Both the position numbers and the translations under genes were made by a program. The notes below the pieces were generated by a model. It had not been told where the DNA came from and searched no databases. It was given only the letters and a program-made list of their open reading frames with translations. This document shows, in pieces, positions 16,918-25,315 of a DNA stretch of 51,088 bases (positions are counted from its first letter, which is position 1; every line of letters starts with the position of its first letter). This DNA comes from Bacillales bacterium UBA2450 (lineage in GTDB: Bacteria > Bacillota_I > Bacilli_A > RFN20 > CAG-826), in the NCBI GenBank assembly GCA_002342545.1, contig DDQE01000013.1:46891-97978 (forward strand), given 5' to 3'.

Positions 16918-19122
16918 ATGAAAAAGATAATAGCTCCAATTTTATTGTCGACATTATTATTTTCAACATTTGTTTTGTCTACCAATCAAAAAGAGGCTCA
17001 AGCCGCTAACGCTACTGCCCCAAGCGATTATTATTCATCAATCAACTCCACTATGAAGGGCGATACTTTAAAAGTCGCACTTTATAACATTATTAAAGGT
17101 CACACAAGAATTCCTTATGATAGTTTAGAGCCTGCAATGAAAGTCACCGATAGAGATTATAATCTCTCTCCTTTAGGCACTGACGATGATAATCCATATA
17201 TTGTTACTCTATATGCTGATTATAATGGAGATAAATCAACAGCAATAAGATACGGAGATTCATGTGGTGGTTATAACACAAGCGGAAATCAAATTTGGAA
17301 CAAAGAACATATTTGGGCTAAATCAAATGGATTCGCCACAGAAAGCAAACCAGCTCATAGCGACCTTCATCATTTGAGAGCAAGCGATGAAAGATGTAAT
17401 AATTTACGCGGAAATCTTCCATTTAACACAGTCAGTCAACATACAAGTTCTAATGCAGTAGAAAACCACTACAAGCAAAAAACAGACAACTATCGAATTA
17501 CCAATTCTTATTTTGAACCACGGGATTCTGATAAAGGTGATGTTGCTAGAGCCTTATTCTATATGGCAACACGATATTATAACGGTGATGGATCTAATAG
17601 CGCTTTATCTTTAACAAATGGTACTGATTCTTCAGGTGGAAAATGGGGTTATTTAGATACTCTACTTGCGTGGCATGAAGCTGATCCAGTAGACGAATTT
17701 GAAGCTCATAGAAACGATTTAATCTACGAACAATTCCAACACAATAGAAATCCATATATCGACCATCCAGAATACGCTCGAGCGGTTTTTAAAAACGAAC
17801 CACTTGTTGAACCAGATACATTAACAAACTTAACTTATACAGGTAATCCAACTAAAACTTCTTATAGAGAAGGTGAATCATTTAACTCTAATGGCTTAAC
17901 TGTGACTGCTACTTTTAAAAAAGAAGATAATTCAACATATACCACTAACGTTACTGAATTTGTTTCTTGGTCTCCTAATCCATTAACTAAAAACACCACT
18001 TCCGTTACTGGTTCATATACATTTGGAGATGTCACAAAATCAATAACCATTACTGGATTAACTGTTTCATCATTAGATTCTATTAAAATATCTGGTAGCC
18101 CTAATAAAGCAGTTTATGATGAAGGAGATATCTTTGTATCTACTGGTTTAACTGTATACGCAAAATATGGACAAGACGAAGTTGATGTTTCTAGTACCGC
18201 TACTTGGAGTAGCACTCCTTTAGAAAAAGGGCAAACTAGTGTGACAGTTACTTATGGCGGATTTAACGCTGCTTATATAGGCCTTTTAGTTAAAGAAAAA
18301 GCATTATCTACAAACACCATTACTTTTGCTGATTCATCTAATGATGGTTCTGGACAAATAAGCACTGCTACTGCAAATAAAAAGATGATGAACGGAAGTG
18401 ATATAGCGTCTGTGACAGCAATCAACAATGTCTACGAAGGTAAAACAGGATTAAAAGTTGCCAGTAAAAATGCTGGTTCTTTAACCATTTCATTAAAGCA
18501 ATCAACATATGTATCTAAAATAGTTGTTCGTGCAAAAAAATATAGCACAGATAACACTACTGCAACTGTATCAACTAACGGACCAAGTTCATCGACATTC
18601 TCTCCACAAAGTGAATTAGACGACTATGAAATTACTGTTAACGCATCAATCACGACAATTACATTCTCTACATCCGGCAAACAAAGATTTTATCTTAAAG
18701 GCTTTGATATAGTTTCTGGTTCAGGAAGCGGAACTGACTCAATCACCGAATGGGGAGTTAGTTATTTACATATTGGTGATTCATCTTTTGATGGACAAGG
18801 TACTGGGTTATGTAAATCAAATGATTTATATAAATATGCAAAGGTGGCCTTATTTAATCTAAACTCTGCTGAGAGTGGTACCATCAGCAAGCTTCAAAAT
18901 GATTCTAAATATTCAAATGAATACGCTAGATATTTAGCGTGGGCAAAAGCATGTGAAGATGATTCTCCATTTATTAATACTTTTGAATTTGTCTCTAATA
19001 GAGTAAATAGTTCCATAAATATTGAATCTAATTCCACTATGATTGTCATCCTTTCTATAAGTTCAATAAGCGTTTTAGCGTTTTCAGTTTTATTAATCAT
19101 CAAAAAACGTAAACATCAATGA
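16918..19122 (+). CDS. membrane-anchored extracellular nuclease (endonuclease I / Bsn family) with Ig-like repeats
   Basis: It has a signal peptide. The endonuclease I blocks are NKEHIWAKSNGF, HSDLHHLRASDERCNNLRGNLPF, DKGDVARALFYMATRY and HNRNPYIDHPEYA. Two Ig-like repeats follow (LTYTGNPTKTSYREGESF..., ISGSPNKAVYDEGDIF...). The C-terminus is a TM helix plus KKRKHQ. Confidence 0.85.
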   Translation: MKKIIAPILLSTLLFSTFVLSTNQKEAQAANATAPSDYYSSINSTMKGDTLKVALYNIIKGHTRIPYDSLEPAMKVTDRDYNLSPLGTDDDNPYIVTLYADYNGDKSTAIRYGDSCGGYNTSGNQIWNKEHIWAKSNGFATESKPAHSDLHHLRASDERCNNLRGNLPFNTVSQHTSSNAVENHYKQKTDNYRITNSYFEPRDSDKGDVARALFYMATRYYNGDGSNSALSLTNGTDSSGGKWGYLDTLLAWHEADPVDEFEAHRNDLIYEQFQHNRNPYIDHPEYARAVFKNEPLVEPDTLTNLTYTGNPTKTSYREGESFNSNGLTVTATFKKEDNSTYTTNVTEFVSWSPNPLTKNTTSVTGSYTFGDVTKSITITGLTVSSLDSIKISGSPNKAVYDEGDIFVSTGLTVYAKYGQDEVDVSSTATWSSTPLEKGQTSVTVTYGGFNAAYIGLLVKEKALSTNTITFADSSNDGSGQISTATANKKMMNGSDIASVTAINNVYEGKTGLKVASKNAGSLTISLKQSTYVSKIVVRAKKYSTDNTTATVSTNGPSSSTFSPQSELDDYEITVNASITTITFSTSGKQRFYLKGFDIVSGSGSGTDSITEWGVSYLHIGDSSFDGQGTGLCKSNDLYKYAKVALFNLNSAESGTISKLQNDSKYSNEYARYLAWAKACEDDSPFINTFEFVSNRVNSSINIESNSTMIVILSISSISVLAFSVLLIIKKRKHQ

Positions 19123-20129
19123 AAAAAGATTTTGTGATATTAATCCCATCTTATGAATCAGATGAGCAACTAATAAAAGTTGTAGATTCTTTAATTAATG
19201 AAGAACTACCTGTTTTAGTGGTTAACGATGGATCTAGTGAGCAATATGATGCTGTCTTTAAAAAAATTAAAGATAAGATTCAATATATTAAGTTAGACCA
19301 TAACCAAGGTAAGGGTGCAGCCTTAAAAGAAGGATATAGAAATATCCCTACTTTATTTCCTGAGGCTAGATACGTTATAACCGCGGATGGAGACGGACAA
19401 CATTCCACTAAAGATATCGTTAAGATGTCTAAGTTATTATTAGAAAAAGATGAATGCGTATTAGGTATAAGACCATTTGATAAATCAGTGCCTTTTAGAA
19501 GTAGGTTTGGTAATTATTTTTCTCAAACCACTAGAGGGTTAGCCACTAAGACATATCTAAAGGACGATCAATGTGGATTAAGAGGGTTCCCTATTAGATA
19601 TTTAGATGAATTATCGAAAATCAAAGGAAATAGATATGATTATGAAATTAATCAATTAACTTCATTTCAGTTAAGAGATTATCCAATCATTCCTATGGAA
19701 ATAGAGTTAATCTATCCTAAAGATAACAACAAAAAAACTCACTTTAGAAACGTTAAAGATACTTGGAATATCCAATGTATTATTGCTTTCCAAGGACTAC
19801 CATCTTTAATATCTTTATCATTATTAATTGCAGGTCTATTAGTCCTATATCATTTTGGATATTCTTTCCATCACTTAATAATCTTCCCAGCTTATCTAAT
19901 TAGTGCATGTTTAACTTTATTAATGTGGACAATATTAGAGCCATCTCAAAAGCCTTTAAATAGAGTATTAAAAGAATTATTATTCACCATAATAAAAATG
20001 ACATCCGTTTTCGCACTCATGTATTTATTTACAGATGCCTTTAAGATGTCATTTTTTATCGCGATCCCGTTATTAGTGATTTTGGCTTGTTTCTATAACT
20101 TGCTATTATCTAGAATTTTCGTTAATTAA
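19119..20129 (+). CDS. family 2 glycosyltransferase with C-terminal transmembrane region
   Basis: 336 aa with ILIPSYESDE, NDGSSEQYD, DGDGQH, and ~4 hydrophobic helices after residue 210. An ATGA overlap joins it to the nuclease stop. Confidence 0.8.
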   Translation: MKKDFVILIPSYESDEQLIKVVDSLINEELPVLVVNDGSSEQYDAVFKKIKDKIQYIKLDHNQGKGAALKEGYRNIPTLFPEARYVITADGDGQHSTKDIVKMSKLLLEKDECVLGIRPFDKSVPFRSRFGNYFSQTTRGLATKTYLKDDQCGLRGFPIRYLDELSKIKGNRYDYEINQLTSFQLRDYPIIPMEIELIYPKDNNKKTHFRNVKDTWNIQCIIAFQGLPSLISLSLLIAGLLVLYHFGYSFHHLIIFPAYLISACLTLLMWTILEPSQKPLNRVLKELLFTIIKMTSVFALMYLFTDAFKMSFFIAIPLLVILACFYNLLLSRIFVN

Positions 20130-20581
20130 TATATTTTTATCCCTTCTACTAAAACATTTTCGACAAATGCAGCACTCCCAACAAGTTGTTCAACCGTTTG
20201 AAGATCAATTTTTTTGCCTAATGCATTAGTTAATTCGTCCGCCATTCCAAAAAATGAAAGACCCATCTTGTGACAAACAACGATGATATCTACATCACTT
20301 TCTGGTTTGGCCTCTTTTCTAGCATAGCTGCCATACAAATAAGCACATCTAACTTCTGGATACTTTTTAAAAATTTGAGCGCATGTTAATTTGATAAATT
20401 GTAAACCAAGAATTCTATTCTTTTCAGCATTATCAAGGATCTCTAAAACTTTTCTTCTCATTTCTTCATATTCATTGTTTTCTTCATAATATTGAAAAGA
20501 ACGTCTAGAAACACCGCATATTTGGGCGGCCTCAACTTGGGTTAGACCTAGTTCTTTTCTTTTTTGTTTTAGCTCATTCAT
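20126..20581 (-). CDS. XRE-type HTH fused to a minimal nucleotidyltransferase (MNT)
   Basis: 151 aa. The HTH is LGLTQVEAAQICGVSRRSFQYYE. The NTase signature is YLYGSYARKEAKPESDVDIIVV (GS...DxD). Confidence 0.8.
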   Translation of the reverse strand: MNELKQKRKELGLTQVEAAQICGVSRRSFQYYEENNEYEEMRRKVLEILDNAEKNRILGLQFIKLTCAQIFKKYPEVRCAYLYGSYARKEAKPESDVDIIVVCHKMGLSFFGMADELTNALGKKIDLQTVEQLVGSAAFVENVLVEGIKIY

Positions 20582-21519
20582 AAAATATAGTCTCCTAATT
20601 TTTCTTTATATAGTTTTAAGTCCTTGATTTCTAATATTGTTGTTATTCTATTACCACTATCCTTAGAAGAATGGCCGCAATGATATATTTTTTCGGTATT
20701 ATATCCTATATCTATAAAGATATAACGATCATGAAATCTTCCTTCATTCGGTTTTAGTTTAATTGATATGCCAGTGTCCATCCTAAAATCATTAAGCATA
20801 TTGTCATCTACTTTATCTTTAAATTTGTTATCACTAATAACAGTTATTTCAACATCCTTGTTCACTGATTTTAATAAAGACAAAGTTTTGATATTGATAT
20901 AGTCATCTATGATCACTAATGAATGTTTGGCGAAAGAATATATTTGCTTATAAGCGATATCTGATTCAATTCTTTCTCCATTCATAATTAAGAAATGTCT
21001 AAATTTAGATGGATCCATAAAGTTATCCATCACTATTTCTAATTTAGATTCGATATTTTCAAATCTTTTATCGCACTCAGAAAATCTATTTTCAATATAT
21101 GCATTTGTATTTGTTAATAAATGTCCGCTTTCCTCAATGTAATCTTTCATATTTTTAAAGAGCTTAATAAGGGCGATACTTTGCTTAATAGCAAGATCAC
21201 CTTTTAAAACAGTCATAAGCATATAGATACCTTGTTCAGTAAAAGCATACGGGGGTTTTCTAGTACCTCCCCAACTTGATGTGAAATTTTTGCACTTCAA
21301 GAACGCACTCCACTCTTTTTCAGTTAATTGAAACATAAATCCAACATCAAATCTTTCAATATTATTTTTTACTTGTCTATTAAAATATCGTGTTTCATAA
21401 CCATATATCTCTGCTAAATCAAAATCCAGCATCACTCTTTGGCCGCGTATTAAATAAATCTTGTCTTTAATACTTTTTTCATCAACAATCACAAGTTCTT
21501 CGTTTGCTACATTCGACAT
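20578..21519 (-). CDS. ORF6N (KilA-N-like) domain protein with C-terminal PLD-like HxRx4D domain
   Basis: The N-terminus is IRGQRVMLDFDLAEIYGYETRYFNRQVKNNIERF...FMFQLTEKEW...PYAFTEQGIYMLMTVL. The C-terminus is RFHDRYIFID...HCGHSSKDSGNR. The start was moved to the ATG at 21519, which has AAGAGGTG 6 nt upstream and matches the MSNVANxE start of the paralogs. Confidence 0.8.
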   Translation of the reverse strand: MSNVANEELVIVDEKSIKDKIYLIRGQRVMLDFDLAEIYGYETRYFNRQVKNNIERFDVGFMFQLTEKEWSAFLKCKNFTSSWGGTRKPPYAFTEQGIYMLMTVLKGDLAIKQSIALIKLFKNMKDYIEESGHLLTNTNAYIENRFSECDKRFENIESKLEIVMDNFMDPSKFRHFLIMNGERIESDIAYKQIYSFAKHSLVIIDDYINIKTLSLLKSVNKDVEITVISDNKFKDKVDDNMLNDFRMDTGISIKLKPNEGRFHDRYIFIDIGYNTEKIYHCGHSSKDSGNRITTILEIKDLKLYKEKLGDYIL

Positions 21520-21539
21520 ACTAAACACCTCTTAAATAG

Positions 21540-21851
21540 TCATAAGCATATAAATGCCTTGTTCGGTAAAAGCATATGGTAAATATCTTCTTTTAGAAGA
21601 TAAAGTTTTTGCGGTCCGATTTTTCGACCGCAAAATTGATTCCCATTCACTTTTTTAAGTTGAAACATAAAATCCGGACCAAATCTTTTTATATTAGTTT
21701 TAACTTGTTCGTTTAATTTACGAGTTTCATATCCGTAAATTTCTGCCAAATCAAAATCTAGCATCACTCTTTGGCCACGTATTAAATAAATCTTGTCTTT
21801 AATACTATTTTCATCAACTATCATAATTTCTTTATTTGCTACATTTGACAT
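21540..21851 (-). pseudogene. ORF6N-domain-only copy disrupted by a -1 frameshift in an A6 tract
   Basis: The reading is MSNVANKEIMIVDEN...FMFQLKK and then out of frame. One extra A in the tract at 21651-21656 would restore ...SEWESILRSKNRTAKTLSSKRRYLPYAFTEQGIYMLMTI*. Confidence 0.6.
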
Positions 21852-21863
21852 AATGCACATCTC

Positions 21864-22196
21864 TTAAAAAGTCATAACCATATAGATACCTAGTTCGATA
21901 AATGCATAAGGCAAAGATGAACGTCCACCGCTATTTCCAACTGTCCATATTCGCGTGGTCACAATTTGTGACCTCACAAAATAATTTGATTCCTCCTTAG
22001 TAATTTGAAACATAAAACCATCAGAAAAACGCTCTATATTACGATTAATTTGCTGGTTGAATACTTTTGTTGAATATCCATAGATTTCCGCTAAATCAAA
22101 ATCTAACATTACTTTTTGGCCGCGGACTAAATAAATCTTATCTTTAATGTTGTTTTCATCAACTATCATAATTTCTTTATTTACTACATTTGACAT
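21864..22196 (-). CDS. ORF6N-domain-only protein (truncated paralog, 110 aa)
   Basis: MSNVVNKEIMIVDENNIKDKIYLVRGQKVMLDFDLAEIYGY...LPYAFIELGIYMVMTF*. It stops exactly at the duplication junction. Confidence 0.6.
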   Translation of the reverse strand: MSNVVNKEIMIVDENNIKDKIYLVRGQKVMLDFDLAEIYGYSTKVFNQQINRNIERFSDGFMFQITKEESNYFVRSQIVTTRIWTVGNSGGRSSLPYAFIELGIYMVMTF

Positions 22197-22226
22197 AATA
22201 CATACCTGTAAATATTAGATATCTAT

Positions 22227-22255
22227 ATTATATATGCGCATTTAATTTTGCGCAA
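22227..22255 (-). promoter_or_regulatory. candidate promoter of the ORF6N array, overlapped by two TGCGCA palindromes
   Basis: On the minus strand: TTGCGC (22255-22250), a 17-nt spacer, a perfect TATAAT (22232-22227). TGCGCA occurs at 22235-22240 and 22249-22254. Confidence 0.4.
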
Positions 22256-22293
22256 ACAAAAAGAGCCTTGTTTGTATATGAATTTTAGGCTCT
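22253..22293 (-). terminator. possible terminator after the fructokinase gene
   Basis: On the minus strand: AGAGCC, a 20-nt loop, GGCTCT, then TTTTTGTTTG. The large loop lowers confidence. Confidence 0.35.
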
Positions 22294-22300
22294 AATTTGT

Positions 22301-23227
22301 TTACTTAATCGAAGCTAAGAATTGATCAATTTCTTCTTCGCTAGGAGCAACATTAATCGCTCCTTTTTTAAGAGTGGCAAGTCCTCCAACTACATTTGCT
22401 CTAGTAAGATAATGAATAACTTCTTTATCACAATTAATAAATTCAGGGTGATTAACTAAAGACGCTAAGAAATAGGAATAGAAAGCATCTCCCGCTCCAG
22501 TCGTATCTACTGGTTTTACTTTTATAGTAGGAACTTCTACTATATGGCCATTATGATAATAAATTGAGCCTTTAGAGCCTAATGTTATGACTGCGATTTG
22601 ATTTTCATTTAATAGAGTTTTTAAACCTTTAACTAAATCTTTTTCTTTGGTTAATAATTCAACTTCCTCAATAGAAAACTTTAAAATATCTGCCTCTTTT
22701 AATGCTTTAATAAATATTTCTTTAGCCTCGGCTTCACTATTAAAGATGTCGTCACGATAATTAATATCAAAAGATATTTTAGCGTTAGTTTCTTTTTTAA
22801 TTCTCTTTACTAGTTCAAAGAAGAATTCTCTACCTTCTTTTTCTGATAGCATTAATGAACCGATATGGATAATATCGTTATATTTAATATCCTTTAAGTT
22901 AATTGAATTAATATCAAAGATATAATCCGCTCCAAAAGAGCGATCAAATTTAAATGACCTTTCTCCATTATCTAGACTAACAATCGCTTTAGAAGTATAT
23001 CGATCAGTTAAAACTTTAATATCTAAATATTTAAAAGGTTTACCTTTAGCGGTATTTAATAACAAATCTCCATCTTCGTCTTTACCAACAGTGCCAATAA
23101 AGCCAACGTCTTTGGTATATAAAAGAGCGTTACACGCAACATTAAAAGGCGCTCCACCAGGTAAGGTGGTTTTAGACTCACCATCTTTAAAGATGTCCAC
23201 TAAGATTTCACCAATTGAAATAAACAT
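22301..23227 (-). CDS. scrK: fructokinase (PfkB-family sugar kinase)
   Basis: 308 aa with GEILVD...PGGAPFNVA and DTTGAGDAF. It is the last gene of the fructan locus. Confidence 0.75.
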   Translation of the reverse strand: MFISIGEILVDIFKDGESKTTLPGGAPFNVACNALLYTKDVGFIGTVGKDEDGDLLLNTAKGKPFKYLDIKVLTDRYTSKAIVSLDNGERSFKFDRSFGADYIFDINSINLKDIKYNDIIHIGSLMLSEKEGREFFFELVKRIKKETNAKISFDINYRDDIFNSEAEAKEIFIKALKEADILKFSIEEVELLTKEKDLVKGLKTLLNENQIAVITLGSKGSIYYHNGHIVEVPTIKVKPVDTTGAGDAFYSYFLASLVNHPEFINCDKEVIHYLTRANVVGGLATLKKGAINVAPSEEEIDQFLASIK

Positions 23228-23240
23228 ATTTATATTCCTT

Positions 23241-23267
23241 TTAAAAAGCCGAGAATTAACTCGGCTT
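23241..23267 (-). terminator. rho-independent terminator/attenuator hairpin between the 666-aa surface protein gene and scrK
   Basis: On the minus strand: AAGCCGAG-TTAATT-CTCGGCTT followed by TTTAA. It ends 1 nt before the scrK SD. Confidence 0.55.
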
Positions 23268-23278
23268 ATAAGTTAGTA

Positions 23279-25237
23279 TTATTTTTGTTTTTTATGTTTT
23301 TTAACAACGAAGAACAATAAGAACGTTAAGATAACACTACATGAAACAATGATAATAATCGTGTAGGATGAGCCGTCTAAACTTAAAGGAGATAAGAAGC
23401 CTATGCCATTTGGAACAGGATAAACACCAGTTTTAATTGCAGTCATACTTTGACCTATGTTATAAACCTTGCTAACTTGAGAATTGACATAATAGTAATC
23501 TTCGCTTGAATCAACAAGAACTTTAGCTTCATCAGATAAACTATCATAATCGTCTTCTAAAGTTCCTAAATCAGATTTAGAAACAGAACACCATGAATAA
23601 TTACTAGAAGAGTTTCTAGCAACTCCAAAGTACTCCTCAACAAAGTCAAAAGCCTCTTTAAACTCTGGAATAAATTTACCTTCTTCGCTAGAAGCAAGTA
23701 CTAATTTGTTCATAACAACGCCATAATCAACATGTTCACTATTTGGATGTGTTTGACGGAGAGAATCGAGTACAAAAGATGGAAGAGAACTATATTTTGT
23801 AATGATTTCATCAAAGAAGGCTAAGCCCCATCCGCCACCGACTTTAGAATCTTCAATAGCGATATGCACTCTTTGATTTAAATATTTAGAACAATCAAGG
23901 TAGAATCTTGTCATTGTGCACATTCTAGCGCCGCTTGCAAAGATATTTGTCATATCAGCGTCTTTAAATGCTGGGTTATTACCATCACCATCTGCAGTAG
24001 TTGCTAACACATTATAATTAGCATCTAACAATGATAATCTTGCATAATGACCACCGATTTTTGCAGAGATTAATCCAGTACCAGATAATGTAAATTCAGG
24101 AGAAACGAATCTATATTTTGCGGATTCTGGAAGACCGGTATTAAATGTATCAATATCATCTGGTTCGCCAGTTAAGAATTTCTCTCCGGTTTTATTTAAA
24201 GGCATAAGGCCATCTTTATTATAGAAATAACCACCCCATTTATATTCTTTATCAGAATACATATAACCAAAATTAACGCTAGCTAAATTGCCATTTTCAT
24301 AAATTGAATTTCTTTGATCATATGCCCAGTTCGATAATTGAGTATTAACTTCAAATCCATCGTCAACGCTATCAACATTAGATTCTGCAGTTCTAACAGC
24401 TAAATAATAATCATTAGTCTCATAAAAATTCATAACGTAATCAATTGCGTTATTATTCCATGGAGTTGTGTTGAGTTGCTTATTTAATTGCATTTGTGTT
24501 TTTTGAACAGAATAATGCTTAGCAACTTCTGTTAAAGTTTGGTTAATGTATAGACCACCAAAGGTGAAGAAGCCAAAGCCAGCAGTGCTACCATCATGGA
24601 CAAAGATTAAGAATTTTTCTCCAACATTAATACCTTTATCACCACTAGGAAGTTCTAAAAATCTAAATGTTTGGTTACAAGTAATTTCACCATATTTTTT
24701 AAGATCGTCAGCCTTATCCTTATTTTCGTCATAAGTTCCATTAGGGGTTTCATCAAAGAAAGGCTTTATGTTGGTAATAACATCGAAACTTCTTGAAACA
24801 TTCCAGACGTTAATAAATATCTCACCAGAATTTAAACCACTATAATTAAAACAAATATATCTATGGTCGTCATCATGTAAAGTCAACTCAGGTGTTCGAT
24901 AGTTAATTCTAGTTCCGTTGCCACCTTCTTTACAGGAATCAATAAATTGGTCAACAGCGTTAAATGTTCTTTCTTGAGAATCCCATCCTTCAGCAGCACC
25001 ACTCCAGAAGCGATCATTTCTGCCTCTTAAATATGCGCTGTAGTCGTCAAGCCTATAATAGTCTATGCCATTATCAGTTTTTTCGACCCAACCACTATTA
25101 ACTGGTACATATGTTTGATAGTCTTCATCAGCTCTGACTTCAGAACTACTTTTTGGTGCCAAAGCCATCGCAGCCAAAGAACCACCAAAAACGCCAGCGG
25201 TCAAAGCGATACTTAAAAATTTGTTAATTTTTTTCAT
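23279..25237 (-). CDS. secreted, C-terminally membrane-anchored protein with two copies of the unassigned fructan-locus module
   Basis: The start was moved to MKKINKFLSIALTAG... (ATG 25237, GAGGAG SD). It has a signal peptide and a C-terminal TM helix plus KKHKKQK. The module signature is FTLSGTGLISAKIGG...YLDCSKYLNQRVHIAIEDSKVGGGWGLAFFDEI. Confidence 0.8.
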   Translation of the reverse strand: MKKINKFLSIALTAGVFGGSLAAMALAPKSSSEVRADEDYQTYVPVNSGWVEKTDNGIDYYRLDDYSAYLRGRNDRFWSGAAEGWDSQERTFNAVDQFIDSCKEGGNGTRINYRTPELTLHDDDHRYICFNYSGLNSGEIFINVWNVSRSFDVITNIKPFFDETPNGTYDENKDKADDLKKYGEITCNQTFRFLELPSGDKGINVGEKFLIFVHDGSTAGFGFFTFGGLYINQTLTEVAKHYSVQKTQMQLNKQLNTTPWNNNAIDYVMNFYETNDYYLAVRTAESNVDSVDDGFEVNTQLSNWAYDQRNSIYENGNLASVNFGYMYSDKEYKWGGYFYNKDGLMPLNKTGEKFLTGEPDDIDTFNTGLPESAKYRFVSPEFTLSGTGLISAKIGGHYARLSLLDANYNVLATTADGDGNNPAFKDADMTNIFASGARMCTMTRFYLDCSKYLNQRVHIAIEDSKVGGGWGLAFFDEIITKYSSLPSFVLDSLRQTHPNSEHVDYGVVMNKLVLASSEEGKFIPEFKEAFDFVEEYFGVARNSSSNYSWCSVSKSDLGTLEDDYDSLSDEAKVLVDSSEDYYYVNSQVSKVYNIGQSMTAIKTGVYPVPNGIGFLSPLSLDGSSYTIIIIVSCSVILTFLLFFVVKKHKKQK

Positions 25238-25250
25238 AATTTTTCTCCTC

Positions 25251-25266
25251 GTGGAAACGTTTCCAC
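25251..25266. promoter_or_regulatory. LacI-family/cre-type operator (perfect 16-bp palindrome)
   Basis: GTGGAAACGTTTCCAC lies 13 nt upstream of the ATG at 25237. The same core occurs twice upstream of msmK. Confidence 0.55.
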
Positions 25267-25315
25267 AGATATTGTACATATAATGTACTATACTTTTTGC
25301 TTAAAAACAAAGCAT

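Larger units (their letters stand above)
21212..22200 (-). repeat. three tandem ~330-bp units, each carrying the SD, start codon and ORF6N-domain coding part
   Basis: The units are 21212-21538, 21539-21870 and 21871-~22200. Each begins (plus strand) GTCATAA(G/C)CATAT. By eye they are about 80-90 percent identical in the best-conserved stretch. Confidence 0.75.

Noticed and set aside
20578-22196. ORF6N genes as a sign of a prophage or integrative element.
   Set aside because: No integrase, recombinase, terminase, capsid or att-like boundaries are present within 10 kb on either side. The copies are explained by local tandem duplication.
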